Assembly: GCA_000989515.1 (NCBI GenBank)
Contig: LBOM01000002.1
Coordinates: forward strand, 5,453 to 69,452
Reading direction: 5' to 3'
From: Candidatus Nomurabacteria bacterium GW2011_GWE1_32_28
GTDB taxonomy: Bacteria > Patescibacteriota > Minisyncoccia > Phycocordibacterales > UBA9973
DNA: 64,000 nucleotides
Shown here: positions 55,525-64,000 of the stretch, one piece after another
How the letters are laid out: the number at the start of each line of letters is the position of its first letter
Numbering within the stretch: the first letter of the stretch is position 1
The notes under the pieces: model-generated
What the model was told of the DNA's origin: nothing
The model's database searches: none
Seen by the model: only the letters and a program-made list of their open reading frames with translations
Program-made: the position numbers and the translations under genes

Positions 55525-57039
55525 ATGGTAAAGAAATATTATCCTACGATTGGATTAGAAATACATGCAGAACTAAAAACAAATACAAAGATGTTTTGTA
55601 GTTGTAAAAATAATCCAGATCAAGAAAAACCAAATATAAACATTTGTCCTGTATGTATGGCACATCCAGGAACTTTGCCTGTTATTAATAAAAAAGCAGT
55701 AGAAAATGTTATAAAAGTTGGTTTAGCCATAGATGGTAAAATTGCAAACTTTACAGAATTTGATCGTAAGAATTATTTTTATCCAGATATTCCAAAAGGT
55801 TATCAGATTTCTCAATATAAATATCCTATAGTCTCTGGTGGTCATCTTGCAGATTTTGATGTTACTCGAGTACATCTAGAAGAGGATACTGCTAATAATA
55901 AACACATAAAAGAAACTTTCCCACAAGTTCAACTTGTGGGAAATGGATATTCTCTTATTGACTATAATCGTGCTGGTGTGCCTTTAATGGAGCTTGTCAC
56001 AGAACCTCATACTTTTAAGACTGACGAAGAAGCAGCCAAAGCAACTTCTACTTTTGCTAAAGAACTCCAACTTATACTTTGGTATTTAGGAGTTTCAGAA
56101 GCAAATATGGAAAAAGGTGAGATGCGAGTAGAGGCAAATATTTCTGTCTCTGATGATATAAAAGCTTTTGAGCTCAATAGACCTGTTGGATTGTCTGGAC
56201 GTATGGAAGCTATAGCTTCTCTGGGAACAAAGGTAGAAGTAAAGAATTTGAATTCTTTTAAGAGTGTAGAAAAAGCAATAAAATATGAAGTAGATAGAAT
56301 GATAGAACTTTTAGAAAATGGGAAAGGTTCTGAAATAGTGCAAGAGACTAGGGGTTGGGATGAAGCAAAACAAAAAACATTTTCACAAAGAAAAAAAGAA
56401 TCAAGTCAAGATTATAGATATTTTCCAGATCCTGATTTACCAAAATTAAAATTATATGAAGTTTTCAACTTAGAGGAAATTAGAAAAGATTTATTAGAAC
56501 TTCCTGAACAGAAACGATTGAGATATAAAAAAGATTTTGGAATAAAAGATGAAGATATAGAGAGCTATATTAATGATCCTTTTTTATTAGGTCCTTGGTT
56601 TGAAGATATCGCAAGAATACTTAAAGATAAAGAAAAAATAAAAATTGCTTCAAATTATATCACTTCTGACTTTATTGGTCTTGAAAAAAATGATTCAGAG
56701 GTTAAAAAACCTAGTCCAAAAAACATGGCTGAACTTTCATCTATGATTATGGATTCTTTGATAAGCTCACGTACAGCAAAAAATATTTTAATAAAAATTG
56801 TAAAAAAAGACGAATCACCATTAAAAATTGCAACAGAAAAAGGTTTACTTCAGAAAAATGATGAAGGCTCTATCAAATCTATTGTTGAGAAAATAATAGG
56901 AGAGAATCCTGAAGTTGTGGCTATTTATAAGGGAGGAAAAGAAAATGCAATCATGTCTCTTGTTGGAAAAATTATAAAGGAAAGTAATGGTAGTGCAAAT
57001 CCACAAATAGTTATCAAAATGTTGAAGGATTTGTTATAA
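55525..57039 (+). CDS. gatB: Asp/Glu-tRNA amidotransferase subunit B
   Basis: IGLEIHAEL, RKNYFYPDIPKGYQISQ, HLEED, NRAGVPLMELV, VEVKNLNS, YRYFPDPDL. Confidence 0.97.
   Translation: MVKKYYPTIGLEIHAELKTNTKMFCSCKNNPDQEKPNINICPVCMAHPGTLPVINKKAVENVIKVGLAIDGKIANFTEFDRKNYFYPDIPKGYQISQYKYPIVSGGHLADFDVTRVHLEEDTANNKHIKETFPQVQLVGNGYSLIDYNRAGVPLMELVTEPHTFKTDEEAAKATSTFAKELQLILWYLGVSEANMEKGEMRVEANISVSDDIKAFELNRPVGLSGRMEAIASLGTKVEVKNLNSFKSVEKAIKYEVDRMIELLENGKGSEIVQETRGWDEAKQKTFSQRKKESSQDYRYFPDPDLPKLKLYEVFNLEEIRKDLLELPEQKRLRYKKDFGIKDEDIESYINDPFLLGPWFEDIARILKDKEKIKIASNYITSDFIGLEKNDSEVKKPSPKNMAELSSMIMDSLISSRTAKNILIKIVKKDESPLKIATEKGLLQKNDEGSIKSIVEKIIGENPEVVAIYKGGKENAIMSLVGKIIKESNGSANPQIVIKMLKDLL
55917..55943. 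repeat. Perfect 27-bp palindrome in-frame in gatB
   Basis: TTTCCCACAAGTT-C-AACTTGTGGGAAA; length is 9 codons. Confidence 0.8.
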
Positions 57040-57046
57040 TAAATAG

Positions 57047-57919
57047 ATGAAGTCACTTGGTGAATATATAAAAGAGGCAGAAGAAAAAGGTGTGGCTATA
57101 GGCCATTTTAATATTTCAAATTTAGAAGGTTTGCATGGTATTTATAATGCAGCAAAGAAGTTAAATGTTCCTGTTATTATTGGTTTATCTGAAGGTGAAG
57201 AAGCTTTTGTTGGGAAAGAAGAAGCTTTTTCTTTAATAAATGCTATTCGTGAAAGGGATGATTACCCAATTTTTTTAAATGCAGATCATCACTATAATTT
57301 TGATTCTGTAAAAGGTGCTATAGATGCTGGATATGATGCAGCTATTATTGATGCTGTAAAATTACCCTTAGAAGAAAATATAGAACTTACAAAAAAATGT
57401 GTTGATTATGCTAAAGAATTTTCAGAGAAAAATAATAAAGATATTTTAATAGAAGCAGAGCTTGGTTTTATTGGAACTTCTTCTAAACTTTTAGATAAAT
57501 TGCCAGATGGAGTCGGAGAAGATACAATGACAAAAGCTGAAGATGCAAAATATTTTGTAGAAAAAACAGGTATTAATTTACTTGCTCCATCTGTCGGCAA
57601 TGTTCATGGTATGGTGAAGGGTGGTAATCCCAAGCTTAATATAACTAGAATAAAAGAAATTCGTGAATCTTCTGGTGTGCCTCTTGTTTTACATGGTGGT
57701 TCTGGAATTTCAGACGAAGATTTTAAAAATGCTATAAAAGCAGGAATATCTATTATTCACATAAATACAGAAATTCGTGTTGCTTACAAGGAAGCATTAG
57801 AAGAATATTTAAAAGAAAATCCAAATGATGTTGCACCTTATAAAATATTACATGGAGCAGTAGATGCTATAGAAAAAGTCGTAGAAGCAAGATTAAGACT
57901 TTTTAATAATTTAGAATAA
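57047..57919 (+). CDS. fba: Class II fructose-bisphosphate aldolase
   Basis: GHFNISN, NADHH, EAELG, SVGNVHG, LVLHGGSG, NINT-like HINTE. Confidence 0.93.
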   Translation: MKSLGEYIKEAEEKGVAIGHFNISNLEGLHGIYNAAKKLNVPVIIGLSEGEEAFVGKEEAFSLINAIRERDDYPIFLNADHHYNFDSVKGAIDAGYDAAIIDAVKLPLEENIELTKKCVDYAKEFSEKNNKDILIEAELGFIGTSSKLLDKLPDGVGEDTMTKAEDAKYFVEKTGINLLAPSVGNVHGMVKGGNPKLNITRIKEIRESSGVPLVLHGGSGISDEDFKNAIKAGISIIHINTEIRVAYKEALEEYLKENPNDVAPYKILHGAVDAIEKVVEARLRLFNNLE

Positions 57920-58090
57920 AAAATGTTTTCACAAATATTCAATCAAATCAAAAACTTTTTACACCTGTTCCAGATATTTTTTGATTAAAAAAGTTTATTG
58001 TATATTTTACTTTTATTTGAACTTAGATATTCATATTAAAATGATAATATAAAATTTGCATTTTAAAAAAATTCGGGTATACTTTGATTT

Positions 58091-58738
58091 ATGTTTACAA
58101 TTAAGGCTACAAAAAGAGAAGAGGGTATAAAGACAGATACTTTAAAGAGCAATGGACAGATTCCAGCTGTTTTTTATGGAGCAGGAAGTAAGACTACTTC
58201 TATTTCTATCTCAATTATTGATTTCAAAAAAATCTGGCGTGAAGCAGGAGAATCTTCTACTGTTAAGGTGACTGTAGATGGTAAGAGTGTTGATGCACTT
58301 ATACATGAAGTTCAGGTACATCCTATTACAGAAGAACCTTTACATGTAGATTTTCTAGTTGTAGATATGAATAAGAAGATAGAAGTTGGTGTACCTCTTG
58401 AATTTATAGGTATATCTAATGCAGTTAAAAATGGATCAGGTAATCTTGTTAAAGTACTACATGAAGTAGAAATTGAGGCATTACCAAAAGATCTTCCACA
58501 TAAACTAGAAGTGGATTTATCAAAACTTGAAACAACAGAAAGTCAGATTTTTGTTTCTGATATTAAATTACCATCTGGTGTTGTTATGATTACTGACCTA
58601 GAAGAGGTTGTAGCTTCTATTATTCTTCAAGTAGAAGAAAAAGAGGAAGTCTCTTCAATTGATTTATCTACAATAGAAGTTGAAAAGAAAGGTAAGAAAG
58701 AAGAAGAAGCTGTTGATACTACCGTAGAAACTAAATAA
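58091..58738 (+). CDS. rplY: 50S ribosomal protein L25/Ctc
   Basis: GQIPAVFYG, EVQVHP...LHVDF, ALPKDLP. Confidence 0.93.
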   Translation: MFTIKATKREEGIKTDTLKSNGQIPAVFYGAGSKTTSISISIIDFKKIWREAGESSTVKVTVDGKSVDALIHEVQVHPITEEPLHVDFLVVDMNKKIEVGVPLEFIGISNAVKNGSGNLVKVLHEVEIEALPKDLPHKLEVDLSKLETTESQIFVSDIKLPSGVVMITDLEEVVASIILQVEEKEEVSSIDLSTIEVEKKGKKEEEAVDTTVETK

Positions 58739-58770
58739 ACTATTTTTTTAATTATGTTATAATAAAAGCT

Positions 58771-60150
58771 ATGGCCAGAAAGACAGTTATAGCTTTTTTT
58801 ATTACAGTTTTTATCATAGTATCTTTAATATTTAAGACGTCTAATAGTGTAGATGCTTCTTTTGATTGTCTTACTTTAAACAACTTTTCTTCTGAAATAG
58901 ATAAAAATTTTTGTAGGAATGAACTTGTTCAGATAGAAGCCCAACTCGCTGATTTATTAAATAAACAAAAAGAACAACAAAAACAGACAGGTACATTGAA
59001 GGGTGATGTAACTTATTTAGCTAGTCAAATAAATGCACTAAAAACAAAAGTTAAAGCTAGAGCTTTGAAAATTGCTCAGCTTAAAGTAGATATAAAAGAC
59101 AAGGTTGTTAAGATAGATACCCTATCAGAAAAGATAAATCGTGAACATGAATCTCTAGCTCAATTATTACGAAATACAAATGATTTTGATAATCAAGATT
59201 TTATATATTTAATTTTTTCTGATGAAAGCCTTTCTAGTTTTTATAATGATCTTGAATCTTATGATTCTATCAAACAAGCAATAAAAACATCTGTTGATCA
59301 AATTAGAGGAATAAAAAGTGAGACAGAAGTACAAAAAAAAGACCTAGAAACAAAACAAGATGCAGAAACTAACGCAAAAGTGGAACTTGAAATTGCTCAG
59401 AAGAAGATTGCTCAAAGTGAATTAGAAAAGAAAAAACTTTTAGATATAAGTAAACAAAAAGAAAGTGAATATGAAAAACTCGCAGCTGAAAAAAAAGCAA
59501 GAGCAGAGAAGATTCGTTCTGCCTTGTTTCCACTTCGTGATGCAAAAGCTATACCGTTTGGCACAGCCTTAGAATATGCACGAGAAGCTGAAAAAATAAC
59601 AGGAGTTCGCCCAGCATTTGTTTTAGCTATTTTAAAACAAGAAACTAATCTAGGAGCCAATGTAGGTTCGTGTGTTATAACCAATCTTTCTACTGGCGAA
59701 ACAAAAAGTCAAAATTCAGATAAAGTTTTTGCTAAAGGTATTCATCCTACTCGTGATTTGCCTCTTTTACAAGAAATAGTTAAAGAACTTGGAAGAAATC
59801 CTCTTAGCACCGTGGTCTCTTGTCCACAATCAGTGGGTTATGGTGGAGCAATGGGTCCTGCACAATTTATTCCATCAACATGGGACTTGATTAAATCACA
59901 GATAGCAAAAGCTGTAGGTAAAACGGTCCCTGATCCTTGGAATCCTCTTGATGCAATTATGGCATCTTCTATTTTACTTAAAGGAAATGGTGCAGGATCT
60001 CAAACCTATACAGCAGAAAGAGATGCTGCCTGTAGATATTATTCTGGAAGAAAATGTTCTGATCCATCTGTAAAAAATGCTTTTTATGGAAATTCTGTTA
60101 TGGCCATTGCTGCAAAAATCCAAACAGATATAGATTTGCTTTCAATCTAA
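58771..60150 (+). CDS. Secreted coiled-coil protein with C-terminal lytic murein transglycosylase domain
   Basis: Signal/TM, PcsB-like coiled coil, AILKQETNLG, GGAMGPAQFIPSTW, DPWNPLDAI. Confidence 0.85.
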   Translation: MARKTVIAFFITVFIIVSLIFKTSNSVDASFDCLTLNNFSSEIDKNFCRNELVQIEAQLADLLNKQKEQQKQTGTLKGDVTYLASQINALKTKVKARALKIAQLKVDIKDKVVKIDTLSEKINREHESLAQLLRNTNDFDNQDFIYLIFSDESLSSFYNDLESYDSIKQAIKTSVDQIRGIKSETEVQKKDLETKQDAETNAKVELEIAQKKIAQSELEKKKLLDISKQKESEYEKLAAEKKARAEKIRSALFPLRDAKAIPFGTALEYAREAEKITGVRPAFVLAILKQETNLGANVGSCVITNLSTGETKSQNSDKVFAKGIHPTRDLPLLQEIVKELGRNPLSTVVSCPQSVGYGGAMGPAQFIPSTWDLIKSQIAKAVGKTVPDPWNPLDAIMASSILLKGNGAGSQTYTAERDAACRYYSGRKCSDPSVKNAFYGNSVMAIAAKIQTDIDLLSI

Positions 60151-60166
60151 TATTATGATAATATGA

Positions 60167-60262
60167 TAAAAGAAAATTCAAAAGATTTCTGAGTCTTAGT
60201 CCTTGGAGTCCGTGAGAACAGGGGACTAACACGACTCTTAAAATCTTTTAATTTTCTTTTTA
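60167..60262 (+). repeat. Structured element, family B, copy in the rpmE leader
   Basis: ~20-bp terminal inverted repeats; core GAGTCTTAGTCCTTGGAGTCCGTGAGAACAGGGGACTAACACGACTC. Confidence 0.88.
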
Positions 60263-60267
60263 AATTT

Positions 60268-60486
60268 ATGAAAAAAGATATACACCCAAAATTTGACGTT
60301 AAAGCTAAAGCTACTTGTGTATGTGGATCTGTTTTTGAAGTAGGTTCAACAATATCTGAAATAAAAATGGAAATTTGTAGTCATTGCCATCCTTTTTATA
60401 CTGGTAATGAAAAAGTTATGGATACCGCTGGACGCGTAGAACGTTTCAATAAGCGTCGTGCTTTAGTTGCAAAAGCTAAAAAGTAA
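60268..60486 (+). CDS. rpmE: 50S ribosomal protein L31 (Zn-binding type)
   Basis: MKKDIHP, CVCG, CSHCHPFYTG, DTAGRVERF. Confidence 0.97.
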   Translation: MKKDIHPKFDVKAKATCVCGSVFEVGSTISEIKMEICSHCHPFYTGNEKVMDTAGRVERFNKRRALVAKAKK

Positions 60487-60520
60487 CTTAATAATTACCA
60501 AGCTCTTTCTTGGCATACTT

Positions 60521-60594
60521 TTTATAAAGCACAAAAATTTTCTACTAAAAATTTTCTCTGTCCGTCGCCGTCGCTCCTACCAAGGCTTTCTAAA
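60521..60594 (-). repeat. Dispersed 74-bp element, family A, copy 2
   Basis: Reverse complement of 4914-4987 with 3 mismatches. Confidence 0.9.
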
Positions 60595-60628
60595 AAATAC
60601 GCCTGCAACGAGCTTATAATATATCTAT

Positions 60629-61597
60629 ATGAGCTTTGATCTAGAAGAACTTAAAAAGAATCACAACACCAATTATTTTGCTGGTGTTTTAGAACGTCTT
60701 TTACTTGAAGAAGAACAAGCACGAGAGATGATGGGTGGAGATGATGATTTGCATGAAATGGCCTCTTTAGAACTTAAATCTATACAAGAGCAAAGAGAAA
60801 TTATAGAAAAACAAATTCAAGATATTTTAGATAAAGACATTGAAGAAGAAGAAATGGCAAATGAGGTTGTATTAGAAGTACGTGCTGGAGCTGGAGGAGA
60901 CGAAGCTTCTCTTTTTGCTTGGGAGCTTGCACATATGTATGAATTATTTTCTGTAATGAAAGGTTGGCAATGGAAAACTAATTATGAATCAAAAAGTGAA
61001 TTAGGTGGATATAAAGAAGCGAGTTTTGAAATAAAAGGTAGAGATGTTTATAAAATGATGCGCTATGAGACAGGAGTACATAGAGTACAAAGAACACCTG
61101 CAACAGAAAAGAATGGAAGAGTTCACACTTCTACATCATCGGTAGCAGTACTTCCTATTAGGAAAAAAGTTTTATTTGAAATTAATCCAGCTGATTTGGA
61201 TATGGAATATTCTCGATCAGGAGGAAAAGGTGGACAGAATGTAAACAAGGTTGAAACAGCTGTGCGACTTATTCATAAACCAACTGGTCTAGATGTCCGT
61301 TCTACTAATGAAAGAAGTCAGCTCGCAAACCGTGAAAAAGCATTAATGATTTTAACAGCAAAACTTCAGCAACTTAAAGAAGAAGAAGAAGCTAAAAAAT
61401 ATGCAGGTGTTCGCAAAGATCAAATAGGTACAGGAGATAGATCAGAGAAAATTCGTACATATAATTTCTCACAAGATCGTGTTACAGATCATCGTATCAA
61501 AAAATCTTGGCATAATTTACCAAAAATAATGGGAGGATATATGCAAGAAATTGTAGACGCTATTCAATCTGGCGAAACAGGGGATGAAGAGGAATAA
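60629..61597 (+). CDS. prfA: Peptide chain release factor 1 (short N-terminus)
   Basis: EVRAGAGGDEA, GVHRVQRTPAT (PxT), GGQNVNK, RSEKIRTYNF. Confidence 0.95.
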   Translation: MSFDLEELKKNHNTNYFAGVLERLLLEEEQAREMMGGDDDLHEMASLELKSIQEQREIIEKQIQDILDKDIEEEEMANEVVLEVRAGAGGDEASLFAWELAHMYELFSVMKGWQWKTNYESKSELGGYKEASFEIKGRDVYKMMRYETGVHRVQRTPATEKNGRVHTSTSSVAVLPIRKKVLFEINPADLDMEYSRSGGKGGQNVNKVETAVRLIHKPTGLDVRSTNERSQLANREKALMILTAKLQQLKEEEEAKKYAGVRKDQIGTGDRSEKIRTYNFSQDRVTDHRIKKSWHNLPKIMGGYMQEIVDAIQSGETGDEEE

Positions 61598-61796
61598 AAT
61601 TTTGCTTTTTGTTTATCTATATGTAATACTTATTGTGTAGTTTCTTCAAGAGCTTTTTTGTTTTAATTGTGAGGTTTGATTTAGTTTAAGCATCAAAAAG
61701 ATCATTGAGCGACGAGGGTATCTACGTTCTAATCTAGAGTTAGAACATTATAATTAGTTTTTGCTTGTTTTTTAAAAAACAAGAGAAGTAAATAGT

Positions 61797-62120
61797 ATGG
61801 CTACAAAGCTATATGTAGGGGGACTCCCTTACAGTGTACAAGAAGATGCTCTTAAAGAGCTTTTCGCACAAGCAGGTTCAGTTACATCTGCTGTGATTAT
61901 AATGGATAAGATGTCAGGTCGTTCAAAAGGTTTTGGATTCGTAGAGATGGCAACAGAAGATGAAGCACAAGGTGCTATTTCTATGTTCAATGAACAAGAA
62001 TTCGAAGGACGTAAACTTACAGTAAATGAGGCTCGCCCAATGGAAGCTCGTCCACCAAGACAAAGTGGTGGTGGATATGGTGGTGGAAATAGTCATGGTG
62101 GTGGACGCCGAGAATACTAA
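61797..62120 (+). CDS. RRM RNA-binding protein with Gly-rich tail
   Basis: RNP2 LYVGGL, RNP1 KGFGFVEM, VNEARP. Confidence 0.93.
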   Translation: MATKLYVGGLPYSVQEDALKELFAQAGSVTSAVIIMDKMSGRSKGFGFVEMATEDEAQGAISMFNEQEFEGRKLTVNEARPMEARPPRQSGGGYGGGNSHGGGRREY

Positions 62121-62138
62121 TATTTAATTAGTTTTTTA

Positions 62139-62174
62139 AAAAAGAGCCTTAGTTGAAAAATTAAGGCTCTTTTT
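62139..62174 (+). terminator. Intrinsic terminator
   Basis: AAAAAGAGCCTTA...TAAGGCTCTTTTT. Confidence 0.8.
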
Positions 62175-62238
62175 CTTTTTTACTAATTTGCATAAAATAG
62201 ATACTTTTGTTATATTTTATTGGGTTGATAAGAATTTA

Positions 62239-62310
62239 GGGCGTGTAGTTCAGTGGTAGAACGCTGTCCTGATAAGACAGAGGTCGTAGGTCCGATTCCT
62301 ACCACGCCCA
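62239..62310 (+). tRNA. tRNA-Ile(GAT)
   Basis: GGGCGTG...CACGCCCA; anticodon loop CTGATAA; T-loop variant TCCGATT. Confidence 0.93.
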
Positions 62311-62311
62311 C

Positions 62312-62626
62312 ATGGAGATAAATAAAAACGAAAATAATAATTTATCCCAGACAAAACCAAATGGAGGGATTTGGTGGAAACCAGCAATGGAGATATTTAG
62401 CGAGATATCAACATGGATTGCATTTCCTATAATAATGGCTGTTATGGGAGGTAAAATTTTAGATGAACATTATGGTACAAAGCCTTTTTTTCTTCTAGCA
62501 CTTACTGGTTTAGCTTTTTTAATATCATCTTATGGTATAGTAAAAGCTGTAAAAAAATATTCAGCTAAAACTCGCCTGAATGATGAAGTCGGGCAGGTAA
62601 AAAAAGAAGAAGAAAATAATTTATGA
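62312..62626 (+). CDS. AtpZ/AtpI-family protein
   Basis: GGKILDEHYGTKPFF motif, 2 TM, first gene before atpB. Confidence 0.8.
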   Translation: MEINKNENNNLSQTKPNGGIWWKPAMEIFSEISTWIAFPIIMAVMGGKILDEHYGTKPFFLLALTGLAFLISSYGIVKAVKKYSAKTRLNDEVGQVKKEEENNL

Positions 62627-63573
62627 CACAAGAAGAAAATATAATAATAAAATTAGAAGAATCAGCTGATAATATACATAGCCAAGAAGGAGAAGAACAG
62701 ATATCTCACGAATCTACTCTTTTTGCTGAACCCATTTATCACTATGGAAATTTTACAATTACAAATGCTTTATTTACTAGTTGGATGGCTGTAATTGTTA
62801 TTATTGTTTTATCTTTTATAATTAGAAAAAAACTTAAAGAAATTCCTACAGGAATTCAAAATTTTATTGAAGTTATAGTAGAAGGTGCTTTATCTTTGTG
62901 TGATCAAGTTACAAATGATAGAGCATTATCTTTAAAGATTTTTCCGATTGCAATTTCTGTTTTCTTTTTTATTCTTGTAAATAATTGGTTTGGGATTCTT
63001 CCATTGGGATGGATGGGGATTATAGAAAAAGGAAAAGAAGGACTTGTGTTTGTACCTTATTTTAGAGGTGGAACAGCAGATATAAATACTACTATAGCTC
63101 TATCTATAATGGCTGTAGTCGGGGCGAATATTTTTGGAGTTTTTTCTATAGGATTATGGAAAACTTTTAACAAGTATGTTAATCTAAATGTACTTGGACA
63201 AATAGGCAAGAAGATTCGTAAAGATCCTACAATTATATTAGTTGCTCCAATTACGTTCTTTGTTGGTTTAATTGAAATTGTTGGTGAATTAGCGAAAGTG
63301 GCTTCATTGTCTTTTCGTCTTTTTGGTAATGTTTTTGCAGGAGAAGTATTGTTGGTCTCTATGGCAACACTTGTAGCATATGTAGTTCCAATACCATTTC
63401 TTTTTTTAGAAATACTTGTAGGAGTAATTCAAGCACTTATTTTTTCAATTTTATTAGTTGTTTATTTTACTATAAGTGCGTCTGATCATGACGAAGAGCA
63501 TGGTGAAAATAAACATAGTGAAGATATAAAAGAAGTTAAAGTTATAAATGAACAAAAAGTTTTGTCAGTATAA
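62623..63573 (+). CDS. atpB: F0F1 ATP synthase subunit a
   Basis: PTGIQNFIE, TADINTT, SLSFRLFGNVFAGE, IQALIF. Confidence 0.96.
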   Translation: MTQEENIIIKLEESADNIHSQEGEEQISHESTLFAEPIYHYGNFTITNALFTSWMAVIVIIVLSFIIRKKLKEIPTGIQNFIEVIVEGALSLCDQVTNDRALSLKIFPIAISVFFFILVNNWFGILPLGWMGIIEKGKEGLVFVPYFRGGTADINTTIALSIMAVVGANIFGVFSIGLWKTFNKYVNLNVLGQIGKKIRKDPTIILVAPITFFVGLIEIVGELAKVASLSFRLFGNVFAGEVLLVSMATLVAYVVPIPFLFLEILVGVIQALIFSILLVVYFTISASDHDEEHGENKHSEDIKEVKVINEQKVLSV

Positions 63574-63663
63574 AAAGTGGGCGTATATACTTTGGATATA
63601 TAAAAATGTATCTAAAGTATATCTGCTCTCTTAATCGAAAGAGAGAAGATCATTATTAATTAA

Positions 63664-63888
<225 letters not shown>

Positions 63889-64000
63889 TTGGTAGTTAGA
63901 AGATTTAAAATTTAAAAATTTTTAATTTTTAAATCTTTTATACTGCTCGTTATATACGAGTATTGTATTATTAATTTAAAAAATTTTAATTTTCTATGGA

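Overview
AT-rich chromosomal window from a reduced-genome bacterium using standard code 11. The gene set, truncated ValS/PrfA/GlmU and SD-less, near-leaderless core genes suggest Patescibacteria/CPR (Parcubacteria-like; inference). Most of it is housekeeping: murJ, lepA, a glycerate-to-PEP cluster (2-hydroxyacid dehydrogenase, glycerate kinase, eno, ppsA), valS, tsaD, znuABC-zur, def, a Pif1 helicase, trxB, ftsZA, ybeY, greA, lysS, mraZ-rsmH-ftsL-ftsI-murF, hppA, rmuC, obgE, gatB, fba, rplY, rpmE, prfA, the start of the atp operon and 8 tRNAs. Two things stand out. (1) A cobalamin riboswitch with promoter, antiterminator and terminator heads a tight 4-gene minus-strand operon with no known B12 function: a ~686-aa acidic low-complexity protein, a Clp ATPase with no N-domain and a degenerate NBD1, a 106-aa protein and a soluble VirD4/TraD-like ATPase. 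The ORF track gives the wrong strand for the last gene. (2) Several families of short palindromic or structured elements occur both between genes and as in-frame insertions in essential genes (rsmH, tsaD, trxB, gatB, obgE, atpZ/I-like, lepA), one family showing compensatory base changes; AATTAnn heptamer arrays also occur in coding loops. Further points: self-contained promoter+SD mini-gene cassettes missed by the ORF track, and two tRNAs followed directly by C-ATG of the next gene. No CRISPR array, integrase, transposase or rRNA was seen.
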